This document shows positions 18,890 to 27,433 of a stretch of 64,000 nucleotides of DNA, in pieces. The position numbers and the translations under genes are program-made. The stretch is taken from NCBI GenBank assembly GCA_036513315.1, contig DATBZF010000031.1, forward strand, positions 65,304 through 129,303, given 5' to 3'. This stretch comes from Roseiarcus sp. GTDB lineage: Bacteria; Pseudomonadota; Alphaproteobacteria; Rhizobiales; Beijerinckiaceae. Under the pieces are notes generated by a model that ran no database searches, was not told where the DNA came from, and saw nothing but the letters and a program-made list of their open reading frames with translations. The number at the start of each line of letters is the position of its first letter. Positions within the stretch are counted from its first letter, which is position 1.

Positions 18890-20260
18890 ATGGGCCAAGC
18901 AATCATGAACGCTCTCGATCGACTTGAAGCTGGCATGAGCTGGGGCCGCAAGTTCATCGAACCGGTGCGCGTCGGCGGGATCGTGACCGAAGTCGCGATG
19001 TCGCATTACCGCGTGGCGGGCCTTTCCCGCTTTCTCAAGCTTGGCGAATGCGTCAGCCTCGACGCCGGCGGCCGGCCCCAGATCGGCGAGGTCGTGCGCA
19101 TCGACGGCGGCACGGTGACGCTGAAACCATTCGACTCGCGATGCGATGCGGGCATCGGCGCCAGGGCTTTCCGTACCGAGAACCTCTCGCTTTCGCCGCA
19201 TCCGCTCTGGAAGGGCCGGGTGATCGACGCGCTCGGCCGCCCGATCGACACCAGCCTGCCCCTCGAACAGGGGGAGCGGATCATGCCGCTCGACGCCGAG
19301 CCGCCGCCCGCCATGCGGCGCGCGCGCGTCAAAGATCCGATCAAGAGCGGCATTCGCGTCATCGATTTCTTCTCGCCGCTCTGCGCCGGGCAGAGAATTG
19401 GCGTCTTCGCCGGATCGGGCGTCGGCAAATCGTCGCTGCTGGCGATGCTGGCCCAATCGCCTGATTTCGACACCGTCGTCATCGCCCTGGTCGGCGAGCG
19501 CGGACGCGAAGTGCGCGAATTTCTCGACGATACGCTGAGCTCCAACAAGGCCTCGGCGATCACTGTCGTCTCCACGGGCGATGAGAGCCCGATGATGCGC
19601 CGCCTCGCCCCGCGAACGGCGATGACGATCGCCGAATATTTCCGCGATCGCGGCGATTCCGTTCTGCTGATCATCGATTCGGTGACGCGTTTCGCTCATG
19701 CCGCGCGCGATGTGGCGCTCGCTGCCGGCGAGCCCGCGGTGGCCCGCGGTTATGCGCCGAGCGTCTTTAGCGAACTTCCGCGGCTTCTCGAGCGGGCTGG
19801 CCCGGGCCTCGAGGGCAGCGGATCGATCACCGGCATTTTTTCCGTGCTGGTCGACGGCGACGACCATAATGATCCGGTCGCCGACAGCATTCGCGGAACC
19901 CTCGACGGCCATATCGTGCTCGATCGCGCGATTGCCGATCAGGGTCGCTATCCCGCCGTCAACATCCTGTCGTCGATCTCCCGTCTCGCCCATTTCGGGT
20001 GGACGCCGGAGCAGAGAAAACTCGTCGCCAGGCTCCGCGCGCTCGTCTCACGCTTTGAGGAAACCCGCGATCTTCGCCTGATGGGCGGCTACCAGCCCGG
20101 CTCCGACGCCGCGCTCGATCAGGCGATCAGCATCGTGCCGCGAATCTATGAGGCGATGACGCAAGTCTTGTCGTCCGGCCCGAGCGTCGATGCGTTTCAA
20201 GAACTGGCGGCCGCCCTGAAGTCCGACCCCAAGGCGGAGAAACCGGGGAAATCGACATGA
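18890..20260 (+). CDS. fliI: Flagellum-specific ATPase FliI
   Basis: 456 aa. Walker A GSGVGKSSLL, Walker B VLLIIDSVTRFA, and F1/T3SS-ATPase-like DGHIVLDR.IA..GRYPAVNIL.S.SR. The start could be the ATG at 18890 or 18905. Confidence 0.95.
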   Translation: MGQAIMNALDRLEAGMSWGRKFIEPVRVGGIVTEVAMSHYRVAGLSRFLKLGECVSLDAGGRPQIGEVVRIDGGTVTLKPFDSRCDAGIGARAFRTENLSLSPHPLWKGRVIDALGRPIDTSLPLEQGERIMPLDAEPPPAMRRARVKDPIKSGIRVIDFFSPLCAGQRIGVFAGSGVGKSSLLAMLAQSPDFDTVVIALVGERGREVREFLDDTLSSNKASAITVVSTGDESPMMRRLAPRTAMTIAEYFRDRGDSVLLIIDSVTRFAHAARDVALAAGEPAVARGYAPSVFSELPRLLERAGPGLEGSGSITGIFSVLVDGDDHNDPVADSIRGTLDGHIVLDRAIADQGRYPAVNILSSISRLAHFGWTPEQRKLVARLRALVSRFEETRDLRLMGGYQPGSDAALDQAISIVPRIYEAMTQVLSSGPSVDAFQELAAALKSDPKAEKPGKST

Positions 20261-20305
20261 TCCTGACGCGCCGAATCTTGCCTCCCGAAAGGCGCACGCC
20301 CCGCC

Positions 20306-21046
20306 ATGTCTGACGCCGCCGCCAATGCCGCTCGCAAGAAACCGCCGCGACGCCATTCGCCGGCGGCGATCATCAGCCGGAGTTCGTCAGTCGATCGCGC
20401 GCTCATCGGCTCTGGCGTTCTGATCGCGTTGTCTTCGCTGGCTTTCGCTGGCTATATGGTCGCCGACGCCGACCGGCCGACGCGAATCGCTGGCATGGAA
20501 TATCTTGGCATCTTCGGGCGACCGAATCATGCGGCCGTCGCCGTCGACGAGGACAGGCCGGTCATCGCGGTCATGGCGGCGGCCTCCAACGCCGCCGTCC
20601 GCTCGGTCGATCAGACGCCGACCGGCTCGATTGGCCAAAACGCCGTCGCCGACCGCCCCGCGGCGACCGTTGCGCTGGCGACGCCGGGCGCCGCGGCCCG
20701 CTCCGTCGATCCGACGCCGACGGGTTCGATCCCTGACAAGGCCGGCGCCAGCCGGCCTGTCAATCTCATCGTGACGCCAATGCGCCCCCTTGAGTCATCG
20801 CTATCGCCATCGCCCTATAAGCTGCTCGACGTCCTGAACGGCGAAGCCTTGCTGCAGACTGATGTCGGTTTGCGTCACGTCAGGGCCGGCGATCTGCTGC
20901 CCGAGCTCGGCCGCATCAATTCGATCGAGCGAAGGGGTGATCATTGGGTGCTGCTGACCCAGAGCGGGACCGCGCTGGAATGGCCGCGTCAGCCGGCGCC
21001 TGTCAGCGATGCGGCGACTTCAGGCAAGAGGACTGCGGCGCACTAG
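20306..21046 (+). CDS. Hypothetical single-pass membrane protein with an RSVD(Q/P)TPTGSI repeat, downstream of fliI
   Basis: 246 aa. Basic N-terminus, one TM (ALIGSGVLIALSSLAFAGYMV) and an Ala/Pro-rich linker. An 11-aa motif is repeated at 20600-20632 and 20699-20731. The C-terminal ~70 aa look like a compact domain (YKLLDVLNGEALLQTD..LRHVRAGDLLPELGRINSIERRGDHWVLLT). Confidence 0.6.
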   Translation: MSDAAANAARKKPPRRHSPAAIISRSSSVDRALIGSGVLIALSSLAFAGYMVADADRPTRIAGMEYLGIFGRPNHAAVAVDEDRPVIAVMAAASNAAVRSVDQTPTGSIGQNAVADRPAATVALATPGAAARSVDPTPTGSIPDKAGASRPVNLIVTPMRPLESSLSPSPYKLLDVLNGEALLQTDVGLRHVRAGDLLPELGRINSIERRGDHWVLLTQSGTALEWPRQPAPVSDAATSGKRTAAH

Positions 21047-21056
21047 AAAACGAAAG

Positions 21057-22097
21057 TCAGACCGTGTCTTCGATGATGATGCGGTTTCTGCCGGCGCGCT
21101 TGGCCTCGTAGAGCATAGTGTCGGCGCGCTTCACCAATGTTTCGCAATCGTCGTTTTCGCCCAGCCGAACGATTCCGAAAGATGCCGTTATCTTGCTGAA
21201 GAGCTGGCCGCTTTGGGCGTTCATCCATTGCTGGGCTTCAAGCCGATTGCGAATCTGATCGGTGAGCCGCGTCGCGCTCTCCAGCGTCGTCTGCGGCAGG
21301 ATGACCGCGAATTCCTCGCCGCCGAGCCGCGCGGCGATATCGCCGTCCTTGATGTGTTTCAAGAGAAGCTCCGCGAAATATTTCAGCACACGGTCGCCGA
21401 ACGGATGGCCGTAATTGTCGTTGACCTTTTTGAAATGGTCGAGGTCTCCCATCATCAGGCACATTTCCGTTCCCTGCGCCCGGGCCTCGCTGATTTCCTT
21501 GGCCAGGTTGCTGTCGAACGAACGCCGGTTGCTGAGAGAAGTGAGGGAATCGCGCATGCCGATCGCCTGCGCCTCGACCAGTTTGGAGCGCAAAGCCGCC
21601 ACTTGCGATCGTGACTTGTCCAGGTTGACGGAGAGCTCCTTGGTCTCGTTCAGCATCTTCTCGTTGGCTTCGATCAGCAGACGGACGATCGAGCGAACCT
21701 TCTCCGGGTTGGGCGACTGGAGCAGGCTGCGGCCGGCTTGCGCCAGCGAATCGGAATAGCGGTCGCTGGCGTCGAGATGCGATTGAATGAGATTGGCGAT
21801 ATTATCCAGTTCGCGATCGAGTTCCGCGCGCTTGGCCTCCAGGCTCTCGTGCGAATCTTCCTGGACTGAAGTACTGGCTGGCGCGCCCATGGCTCCACGC
21901 AATTCGCCAAGGCCGATGCCGCAGAGGCCAAGAGCCATCAGAGCGAGAATGCACCCCAGGGCGTAAGGATTTTGAACATTGTCGATTGCGCCGACGAGGC
22001 CCAGCAACCCGATTAGAATGACGACCGCCAATTGCAGCCAGGGGGTCTTCAGAAATCTCATAGCGAACCGTTCAATCAAGCTGGATGGAGAAATCAA
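21057..22097 (-). CDS. Membrane-anchored diguanylate cyclase (GGDEF domain, GGEEF active site)
   Basis: N-terminal TM helices, a coiled-coil region, and a C-terminal GGDEF domain (GDLDHFKKVNDNYGHPFGD.VL......L........ARLGGEEFAVILP...ITASFGI......L.KRAD.MLYEAKRAGRNR). The start is uncertain: TTG at 22097 or ATG at 22061. Confidence 0.88.
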   Translation of the reverse strand: MISPSSLIERFAMRFLKTPWLQLAVVILIGLLGLVGAIDNVQNPYALGCILALMALGLCGIGLGELRGAMGAPASTSVQEDSHESLEAKRAELDRELDNIANLIQSHLDASDRYSDSLAQAGRSLLQSPNPEKVRSIVRLLIEANEKMLNETKELSVNLDKSRSQVAALRSKLVEAQAIGMRDSLTSLSNRRSFDSNLAKEISEARAQGTEMCLMMGDLDHFKKVNDNYGHPFGDRVLKYFAELLLKHIKDGDIAARLGGEEFAVILPQTTLESATRLTDQIRNRLEAQQWMNAQSGQLFSKITASFGIVRLGENDDCETLVKRADTMLYEAKRAGRNRIIIEDTV

Positions 22098-22314
22098 CGG
22101 GTGGCGGCCGCCAAAGGTCGGCCGCCAAATTCCTTATCGCCGAAGGGGCGGATTCGCATTGCGATCGGCCGCGTGGCCGGTGCGCGGCGCGGACTACCCG
22201 TTCTCCCCGACAGCCCATGCGTCTCATCGCCGACCCCCTGAAGGCGTTGATGAACGGACATTAACGCGCGGAGGCTAACGCGAAGTGAAGGTTTGCCGCG
22301 GTGGACTGGAATTT

Positions 22315-22845
22315 TTACGTGCGTCGGCCGCTGATAAGACGCGCCTGGGCTCGGTCGACCAGCATATTGGCGATCGCCACCCGCCGCGTCGCCCGTTCCC
22401 GCTGCGCTTCGCCGAGGCGATCAGGATGATTGCGCCACATATAGAGGCGCCGCGCCTGGTTGAGTTCCTCGTAGGTGAGGTTTTCGTTCAAGCCGAGTTC
22501 ATCCAGAATCGCTTCCGCGGTGTCCGCCGCCGGTTGTCGCGTCTCGATGATCGCCGCCGGTCCATCGACCTCTTCAATCCAGGCGAGCGCGGCGTCCCAG
22601 GACGATCCGCCGCCTGGCGTCGCTGGCCGGCCGTCAAAAGAAAAGATCGCGTTGGCGAATGGATTGGCCGAAAAGGTCGAAGCTTCGCTATCGTCCTCAT
22701 CAGGGTGTTCGAAGTCGCCTTTGGCTTGCCGCACCTCCGCCAATATGCGCCGAAATTCAGCGCCGGGCGTTTCCGCCGGAGATTCTCGCTCGATACGCGA
22801 CATGAATGAAACCCGCAACTCTGAGGCCAATCCAACACCCGACAA
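22315..22845 (-). CDS. J-domain (DnaJ-like, HPD motif) protein with acidic N-terminal region
   Basis: The C-terminus LDELGLNENLTYEELNQARRLYMWRNHPDRLGEAQRERATRRVAIANMLVDRA fits the J-domain helix II-HPD-helix III pattern. The start is either TTG at 22845 or ATG at 22803. Confidence 0.6.
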   Translation of the reverse strand: MSGVGLASELRVSFMSRIERESPAETPGAEFRRILAEVRQAKGDFEHPDEDDSEASTFSANPFANAIFSFDGRPATPGGGSSWDAALAWIEEVDGPAAIIETRQPAADTAEAILDELGLNENLTYEELNQARRLYMWRNHPDRLGEAQRERATRRVAIANMLVDRAQARLISGRRT

Positions 22846-22989
22846 ATTGAAATCAAGTAAATGGCCCTCAGCGCGGACCTCGGAGGCTGACGCCGCCCGG
22901 CAAGGCTGGCGAAAGGCTGCGCGGCCATGGTCTGGCGATGACCCGCCGGCGCCCAGTGTCCCCAGCGCGCGGCGGGGAGGGGAGCTGGC

Positions 22990-23754
22990 ATGTCTAAACC
23001 GTTTGTCGTCGTGGCGACGCCCTGTTTCGGCGGGCTGGTCAATCAGAATTATATGTTGTCGGTGCTGAAACTGATCCAGCTCGCCGCGGCTGGCGAGTTC
23101 GAACTCGATGTCGTCCTGCTCGGCGGCGATTCACTGATCACCCGTTCGCGCAGCGTGTTGGTTTCGCGCTTCCTCGACAATCCGCGCGCCACCCATTTAA
23201 TGTTCATCGACGCCGATATCGGCTTCGAGCCTGATCAGTTCCTGCGCCTGTTGCGGATCGACAAGCCGTTCGCCGCCGGGGCCTATCCGCTCAAGCAGAT
23301 CGATTGGCGCGCGTTGCCCCATCGGGCGATCGGCGGCGAGCCGCTGGCGGCGGCCGGCCTTTCCTATGTCGGACAGATCTGCGAAGGCGACCAACTGCGC
23401 CGCGCTGGCGGTTTCGCCACCGCCAAATATGCGGGCACCGGGTTTCAGCTGATCCGCCGCCAGGTGTTTGAGCGAATGATCGCCGCTCATCCCGAACTGA
23501 AGTTCCGCGCCGTCCACACGTTGACCAACGAGACGCCCAATAGCGACAATCTCTATGCCTTGTTCGAATGTGCGATCGATCGCGAAACCGGCGCCTATCT
23601 CAGCGAGGATTATGCATTCTGCGCCCGCTGGCGCGCGCTCGGCGGCGAGATCTGGCTCGATCTGCAGAGCAGGCTCACCCACTGCGGGATGAGCTATTAC
23701 GATGGCGATTGCACGCGCCGATATGCGGCGTCGGCGCAGGCCATCGCCGCTTGA
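22990..23754 (+). CDS. GT-A-like glycosyltransferase family protein (DxD = FIDADIGF)
   Basis: 254 aa. An N-terminal beta-strand/YGG-type motif (VVVATPCFGGLVNQNYMLSVL), then SLITRSRSVLVSRFL...ATHLMFIDADIGFEPDQF, then GTGFQLIRR and SEDYAFC. This overall pattern resembles small GT-A fold transferases. The family assignment is from memory only. Confidence 0.5.
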   Translation: MSKPFVVVATPCFGGLVNQNYMLSVLKLIQLAAAGEFELDVVLLGGDSLITRSRSVLVSRFLDNPRATHLMFIDADIGFEPDQFLRLLRIDKPFAAGAYPLKQIDWRALPHRAIGGEPLAAAGLSYVGQICEGDQLRRAGGFATAKYAGTGFQLIRRQVFERMIAAHPELKFRAVHTLTNETPNSDNLYALFECAIDRETGAYLSEDYAFCARWRALGGEIWLDLQSRLTHCGMSYYDGDCTRRYAASAQAIAA

Positions 23755-23772
23755 GGACCTGGAGAGGCGAGG

Positions 23773-23798
23773 GGTAAGCCGGGCGCGCCCGGCTTACC
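23773..23798. terminator. Perfect 26-bp palindrome between convergent genes (putative bidirectional terminator hairpin)
   Basis: GGTAAGCCGGGCGCGCCCGGCTTACC is its own reverse complement. It lies between the GT-like gene stop (23754) and the ABC binding-protein stop (23829). There is no clear U-tract on either side. Confidence 0.45.
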
Positions 23799-23828
23799 TT
23801 CATCGATGAACAAGGCTCGTCAACGGCC

Positions 23829-24818
23829 TCAGAACTTCAGTTTCTTGTCGAGATCGGCGGCATTGTCCTTGGTGATCGCCAGCGTCGGCACCGTCACTGT
23901 GTCGGGCACCGACTCGGCGCAATCGATCAGGATTTTTTTGGCGAGGTCGAGCGATTCGGCCGCGCCTGTGGGATAGGTGAACGTCGCCGCCCATTGTCCC
24001 GAGGCGACGGCGCGCACGCCGCCTGCCGGCCCCGGCAGACCGTCGGTGCCGATGATGCCGATCTTGTTTTCCTTGCCCGCGCCCTTGGCGGCGAGGTAGG
24101 AGCCGGCCGCCATCATGTCGTTGCTGGCGTAGACAACCTTGATGTCAGGATTGGCCTGCAACATCGCCGAGAACGCCGTCTGGGCTTTATCCGGCACCCA
24201 ATCGGCGGCCTGTTCGGCGACCACCTTGATCTTCGGGTTCTGCTTGACGCCGTCCTTGAAGCCATTCAGCCGCTGGACCGCCGGCGTCGAACTCGGCAGG
24301 CCTTCGAGGACCGCGACATCGCCGCCGTCCGGCAGCAAGGTTTTGGCGGTATAGGTCCCGGCTTCGAAGGCGATCTTGTAATTATCGCCGCCGACGAAGG
24401 CGGTGTAATCCTTGCCTGGCGTTCCATTGGTCTGGCGATCGAGTTCGATCACTGGAATGCCTGCCTTCACGGCGCGCGCGACGGCCGGCGTCAGCGGGGC
24501 CGCCTCGAACGGCGAGATCAGCAGAAGATCGACGCCCTGGGTGACGAAATTGTCGACCTGCGAAGTCTGGGTATTGTCGTTGCCGGCGCCGTCGGCGATC
24601 TGCAATTCGAATTGCGGAATCGCTTTGACCCGTTCGATCAGGTCGTTGTTGACGTGCTGCCGATAGGGCTCGGCGTAATTGGCCTGCGAGAAGGCGATCA
24701 CATATTTGTCCTTCGGCCCGCAATGTTTGGCGATCGGCGCCGCCGTTGCGAGGCCCGTCGAGGCGGCCAGCAATGGAACGGCGCAAACCGCGCTCATCAG
24801 CTTCTGTCGGGTATGCAT
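23829..24818 (-). CDS. Sugar ABC transporter periplasmic substrate-binding protein (ribose/monosaccharide type)
   Basis: 329 aa with a signal peptide. Periplasmic-binding-protein type I pattern: YVIAFSQAN.AEPYR......L.......F.L...DG.....Q.SQV+NF+TQGVDLLLISP. Confidence 0.9.
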   Translation of the reverse strand: MHTRQKLMSAVCAVPLLAASTGLATAAPIAKHCGPKDKYVIAFSQANYAEPYRQHVNNDLIERVKAIPQFELQIADGAGNDNTQTSQVDNFVTQGVDLLLISPFEAAPLTPAVARAVKAGIPVIELDRQTNGTPGKDYTAFVGGDNYKIAFEAGTYTAKTLLPDGGDVAVLEGLPSSTPAVQRLNGFKDGVKQNPKIKVVAEQAADWVPDKAQTAFSAMLQANPDIKVVYASNDMMAAGSYLAAKGAGKENKIGIIGTDGLPGPAGGVRAVASGQWAATFTYPTGAAESLDLAKKILIDCAESVPDTVTVPTLAITKDNAADLDKKLKF

Positions 24819-24857
24819 GTTTTCCTCCGCTTTGTTGTTGCACCCTGACGCCGGGTT

Positions 24858-25910
24858 TCAACGCATCGAACCCTCCCGGCGTCCGACCATGGTCTGCAAC
24901 GCCGCCGCAAGCACGATGATCGCGCCTGTCGCCAGCAATTGCAGAGATGCGTTGACATTGTTGAGCTGCAGAATATTGGCGAGCGCGCCGAGCATGACGC
25001 TGCCGGCGATGGTGCCGATCATCGAGCCCGCGCCGCCGAACAGGCTGGTGCCGCCGATCACCACCGCGGCGATCGCGGTCAGCTCATAGCCGGCGCCGTC
25101 ATTGGCGCTGCCGAAATTGAATTGTCCGGCATGGACGATGCCGGCCGCGGCGGCCGCAAATCCGGTGATCGCGAAGACCGCGACCTTGACGCGCGCGACC
25201 GGAATGCCCGACAGCCGCGCGGCGCGCTCGTTGCCGCCGACGGCGAAGACATAACGCCCGAACCGCGTGGTGTTGAGAACGATGGTCGCCACTACTGCGA
25301 GCGCGACGAACACCAGCGTCGCCACCGGCACGACATTGTGAAACAGACGGTCGCCGAGCAGCGCGAACACCGGCGGCGCCAGGCCCGGTCCGTCGCCGTA
25401 GGAGATGTTGATATAGACATTCCCCGACAGGATCAGCGCGAGGCCGCGCGCCATCTGTAGGCCGGCGAGCGTCACGATGAAGGATTCCAGCCGGAACCTG
25501 ATCGCGATCAGGCCCTGCAGCGTGCCGAACGCCGTGCCGGCCAGCAGCACGACGAGCAGCGTCGGCACGAGCCCGAGAGTGGTCGTCGTCATCAGCATCG
25601 CCGTCAGCACGGAATTCAGGCCCAGCATGGCGCCGACCGAGAGGTCGATGCCGGCGGTGATGATGACGAATGTCATGCCGAGGGCGATGATGCCCGTCTC
25701 GGAAATCGCGCGGATGATATTGGCGATATTGTCGGGCGACAGAAAAATAAGCTGGCCGTGGCGCACCGGCGAAAACACGACGCCGCCTATCAGCACCAAC
25801 ACCAGGCCGATAATGCTCTGGAACCGTACGATCAAAGCGAGAGGATCGCGCACCACCGCTGCGGCCGGCTTGACGGCGTTCCCCTGATCTTCCTTCGCCG
25901 TCTGCGTCAT
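24858..25910 (-). CDS. Sugar ABC transporter permease (RbsC/AraH family)
   Basis: The likely start is the ATG at 25910 (MTQTAKEDQG...), which forms an ATGA overlap with the ATPase stop. The track N-terminal extension to 26021 is Arg-rich junk. It is multi-TM with ITAGIDLSVGAM and AVGGNERAARLSGIPV motifs. Confidence 0.9.
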   Translation of the reverse strand: MTQTAKEDQGNAVKPAAAVVRDPLALIVRFQSIIGLVLVLIGGVVFSPVRHGQLIFLSPDNIANIIRAISETGIIALGMTFVIITAGIDLSVGAMLGLNSVLTAMLMTTTTLGLVPTLLVVLLAGTAFGTLQGLIAIRFRLESFIVTLAGLQMARGLALILSGNVYINISYGDGPGLAPPVFALLGDRLFHNVVPVATLVFVALAVVATIVLNTTRFGRYVFAVGGNERAARLSGIPVARVKVAVFAITGFAAAAAGIVHAGQFNFGSANDGAGYELTAIAAVVIGGTSLFGGAGSMIGTIAGSVMLGALANILQLNNVNASLQLLATGAIIVLAAALQTMVGRREGSMR

Positions 25911-27433
25911 GCCGCCTCCTCGACAATGCCGGTGGCGCTTTCCAGCAACGCTGTCTCGTCGATTCCGCCGGGGAATTCGGCGATGCTGCGCCCCTGCCGC
26001 ATGACCACGATCCTGTCGCAAAGGCCGATCAGTTCGGGCAGTTCGCTTGACGCCACCAGCACGCCAAGGCCTTTCGCAGTGAGGGCGCGCAGGCGCTGGT
26101 AAATCTCGGCCTTGGCGCCGACGTCGACGCCGCGCGTGGGTTCGTCGAGCAGGAGAAGGCGCGGCTCCTGCAGAAGCTCCTTGGCGAAGACCACCTTCTG
26201 CTGATTGCCGCCGGAGAGATTGCCGACCGGGATGGCGGCGCGCGGCGGGCGGATGTCGAAGGTTTTGATCGAGCGCTCGGCGGCTTCCTCCTCGGCGGCG
26301 CCCGACATGAAGCCGAGGCGCGAAATGCGTCGCAGCACCGACATGACGATATTGCGCCCGACGCTGTGGCGCAGGATCAGGCCGCTGCCGCGCCGGTCGT
26401 CGGTGACGAAGGCAAGGCCGGCGCGCCGCGCCGCGGCGATCGAAGTAAGCTCGGCCGGTTCGCCCGCCACTTCGATTTTTCCCTGCCAGCGCCCGCGCGG
26501 GCCTGCGCCATAGAGCGCTGACAGCAATTCGGTGCGCCCCGCGCCCATCACGCCGGCAAGGCCGACGATCTCTCTGGCATGCACGGTGAGCGAGATGTCG
26601 AGCGGCGCCTGCCAGCCGGCGACCTCTGTGCGGGCTAAGAAATGGGCATGGTCGAGGCGCAGCAATTCGGGCCCGAGCGCGTCGGCGCGGGGCGGGAACA
26701 TTTCGTCGAACGGACGGCCGACGAGCAAGCGCACCAGCCGCGCCTGCGGGGCGTTCGCCGGTTCTTCGCCGACGCGGCGCCCGTCGCGCAGCACCGTCAC
26801 CCGGTCGGCGACGCGCGGCACTTCTTCGAGGCGATGCGAGATATAGACGATGGCGACGCCGCGCTCGCGCATCGCGCGCACCACCTTGAACAGGCGCTCG
26901 GCCTCCGCCGCGCTCAGCGCCGCGGTCGGCTCGTCCATCACCAGCACGCGCGTCGCATAGGACAGAGCCTTGACGATCGCCACCAACTGCCGCTGCCCGA
27001 TGCTCAATTGATGAACGCGCCGGCGCACGTCGATGTCGACGCCCGCCGATTCCATGCGCGCGCGCGCCTCGCGCTCCATCCGCGCATTGTCGAGACGGCC
27101 GCCCGCCCGCATCAATTCGTGGCCGAGAAACAGGTTGGCGGTGATGTCGAGGCCCGGCACCAGGTCGAGTTCCTGGAAGATCGTGGCGATGCCGCTCGCC
27201 TGCGCCTCGCGCGGATTGGTAAAACGCACCGGCGCGCCGTCGACATGAATATCGCCGCGATCGGGCGCGATGACGCCGGCGAGAATGTTCATCAGCGTCG
27301 ATTTGCCGGCGCCGTTTTCGCCGAGCAGCGCATGCACCTCGCCCTGGCGCAGGTCGAAGTCGACGCCGCGCAGCGCATGCACGCCGCCGAAGCGTTTTTC
27401 AATGCCGCTCATCGCGAGGACAGGCGCGCTCAT
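25907..27433 (-). CDS. Sugar ABC transporter ATP-binding protein (duplicated ATPase, RbsA-like)
   Basis: 508 aa with two ABC cassettes: GENGAGKSTL...LSIGQRQLVAIVKAL...VLVMDEPTAAL, then a second LSGGNQQKVVFAKEL...LLLLDEPTRGVDVGAK. Confidence 0.93.
   Translation of the reverse strand: MSAPVLAMSGIEKRFGGVHALRGVDFDLRQGEVHALLGENGAGKSTLMNILAGVIAPDRGDIHVDGAPVRFTNPREAQASGIATIFQELDLVPGLDITANLFLGHELMRAGGRLDNARMEREARARMESAGVDIDVRRRVHQLSIGQRQLVAIVKALSYATRVLVMDEPTAALSAAEAERLFKVVRAMRERGVAIVYISHRLEEVPRVADRVTVLRDGRRVGEEPANAPQARLVRLLVGRPFDEMFPPRADALGPELLRLDHAHFLARTEVAGWQAPLDISLTVHAREIVGLAGVMGAGRTELLSALYGAGPRGRWQGKIEVAGEPAELTSIAAARRAGLAFVTDDRRGSGLILRHSVGRNIVMSVLRRISRLGFMSGAAEEEAAERSIKTFDIRPPRAAIPVGNLSGGNQQKVVFAKELLQEPRLLLLDEPTRGVDVGAKAEIYQRLRALTAKGLGVLVASSELPELIGLCDRIVVMRQGRSIAEFPGGIDETALLESATGIVEEAA

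Noticed and set aside
22103-22130. Duplicated GGCCGCCAAA motif (GGCGGCCGCCAAAGGTCGGCCGCCAAA) just upstream of the diguanylate cyclase start, considered as a regulatory direct repeat or terminator.
   Set aside because: It is too short and GC-simple to distinguish from chance in this genome. It has no U-tract, and its position overlaps the uncertain start region of the DGC gene.
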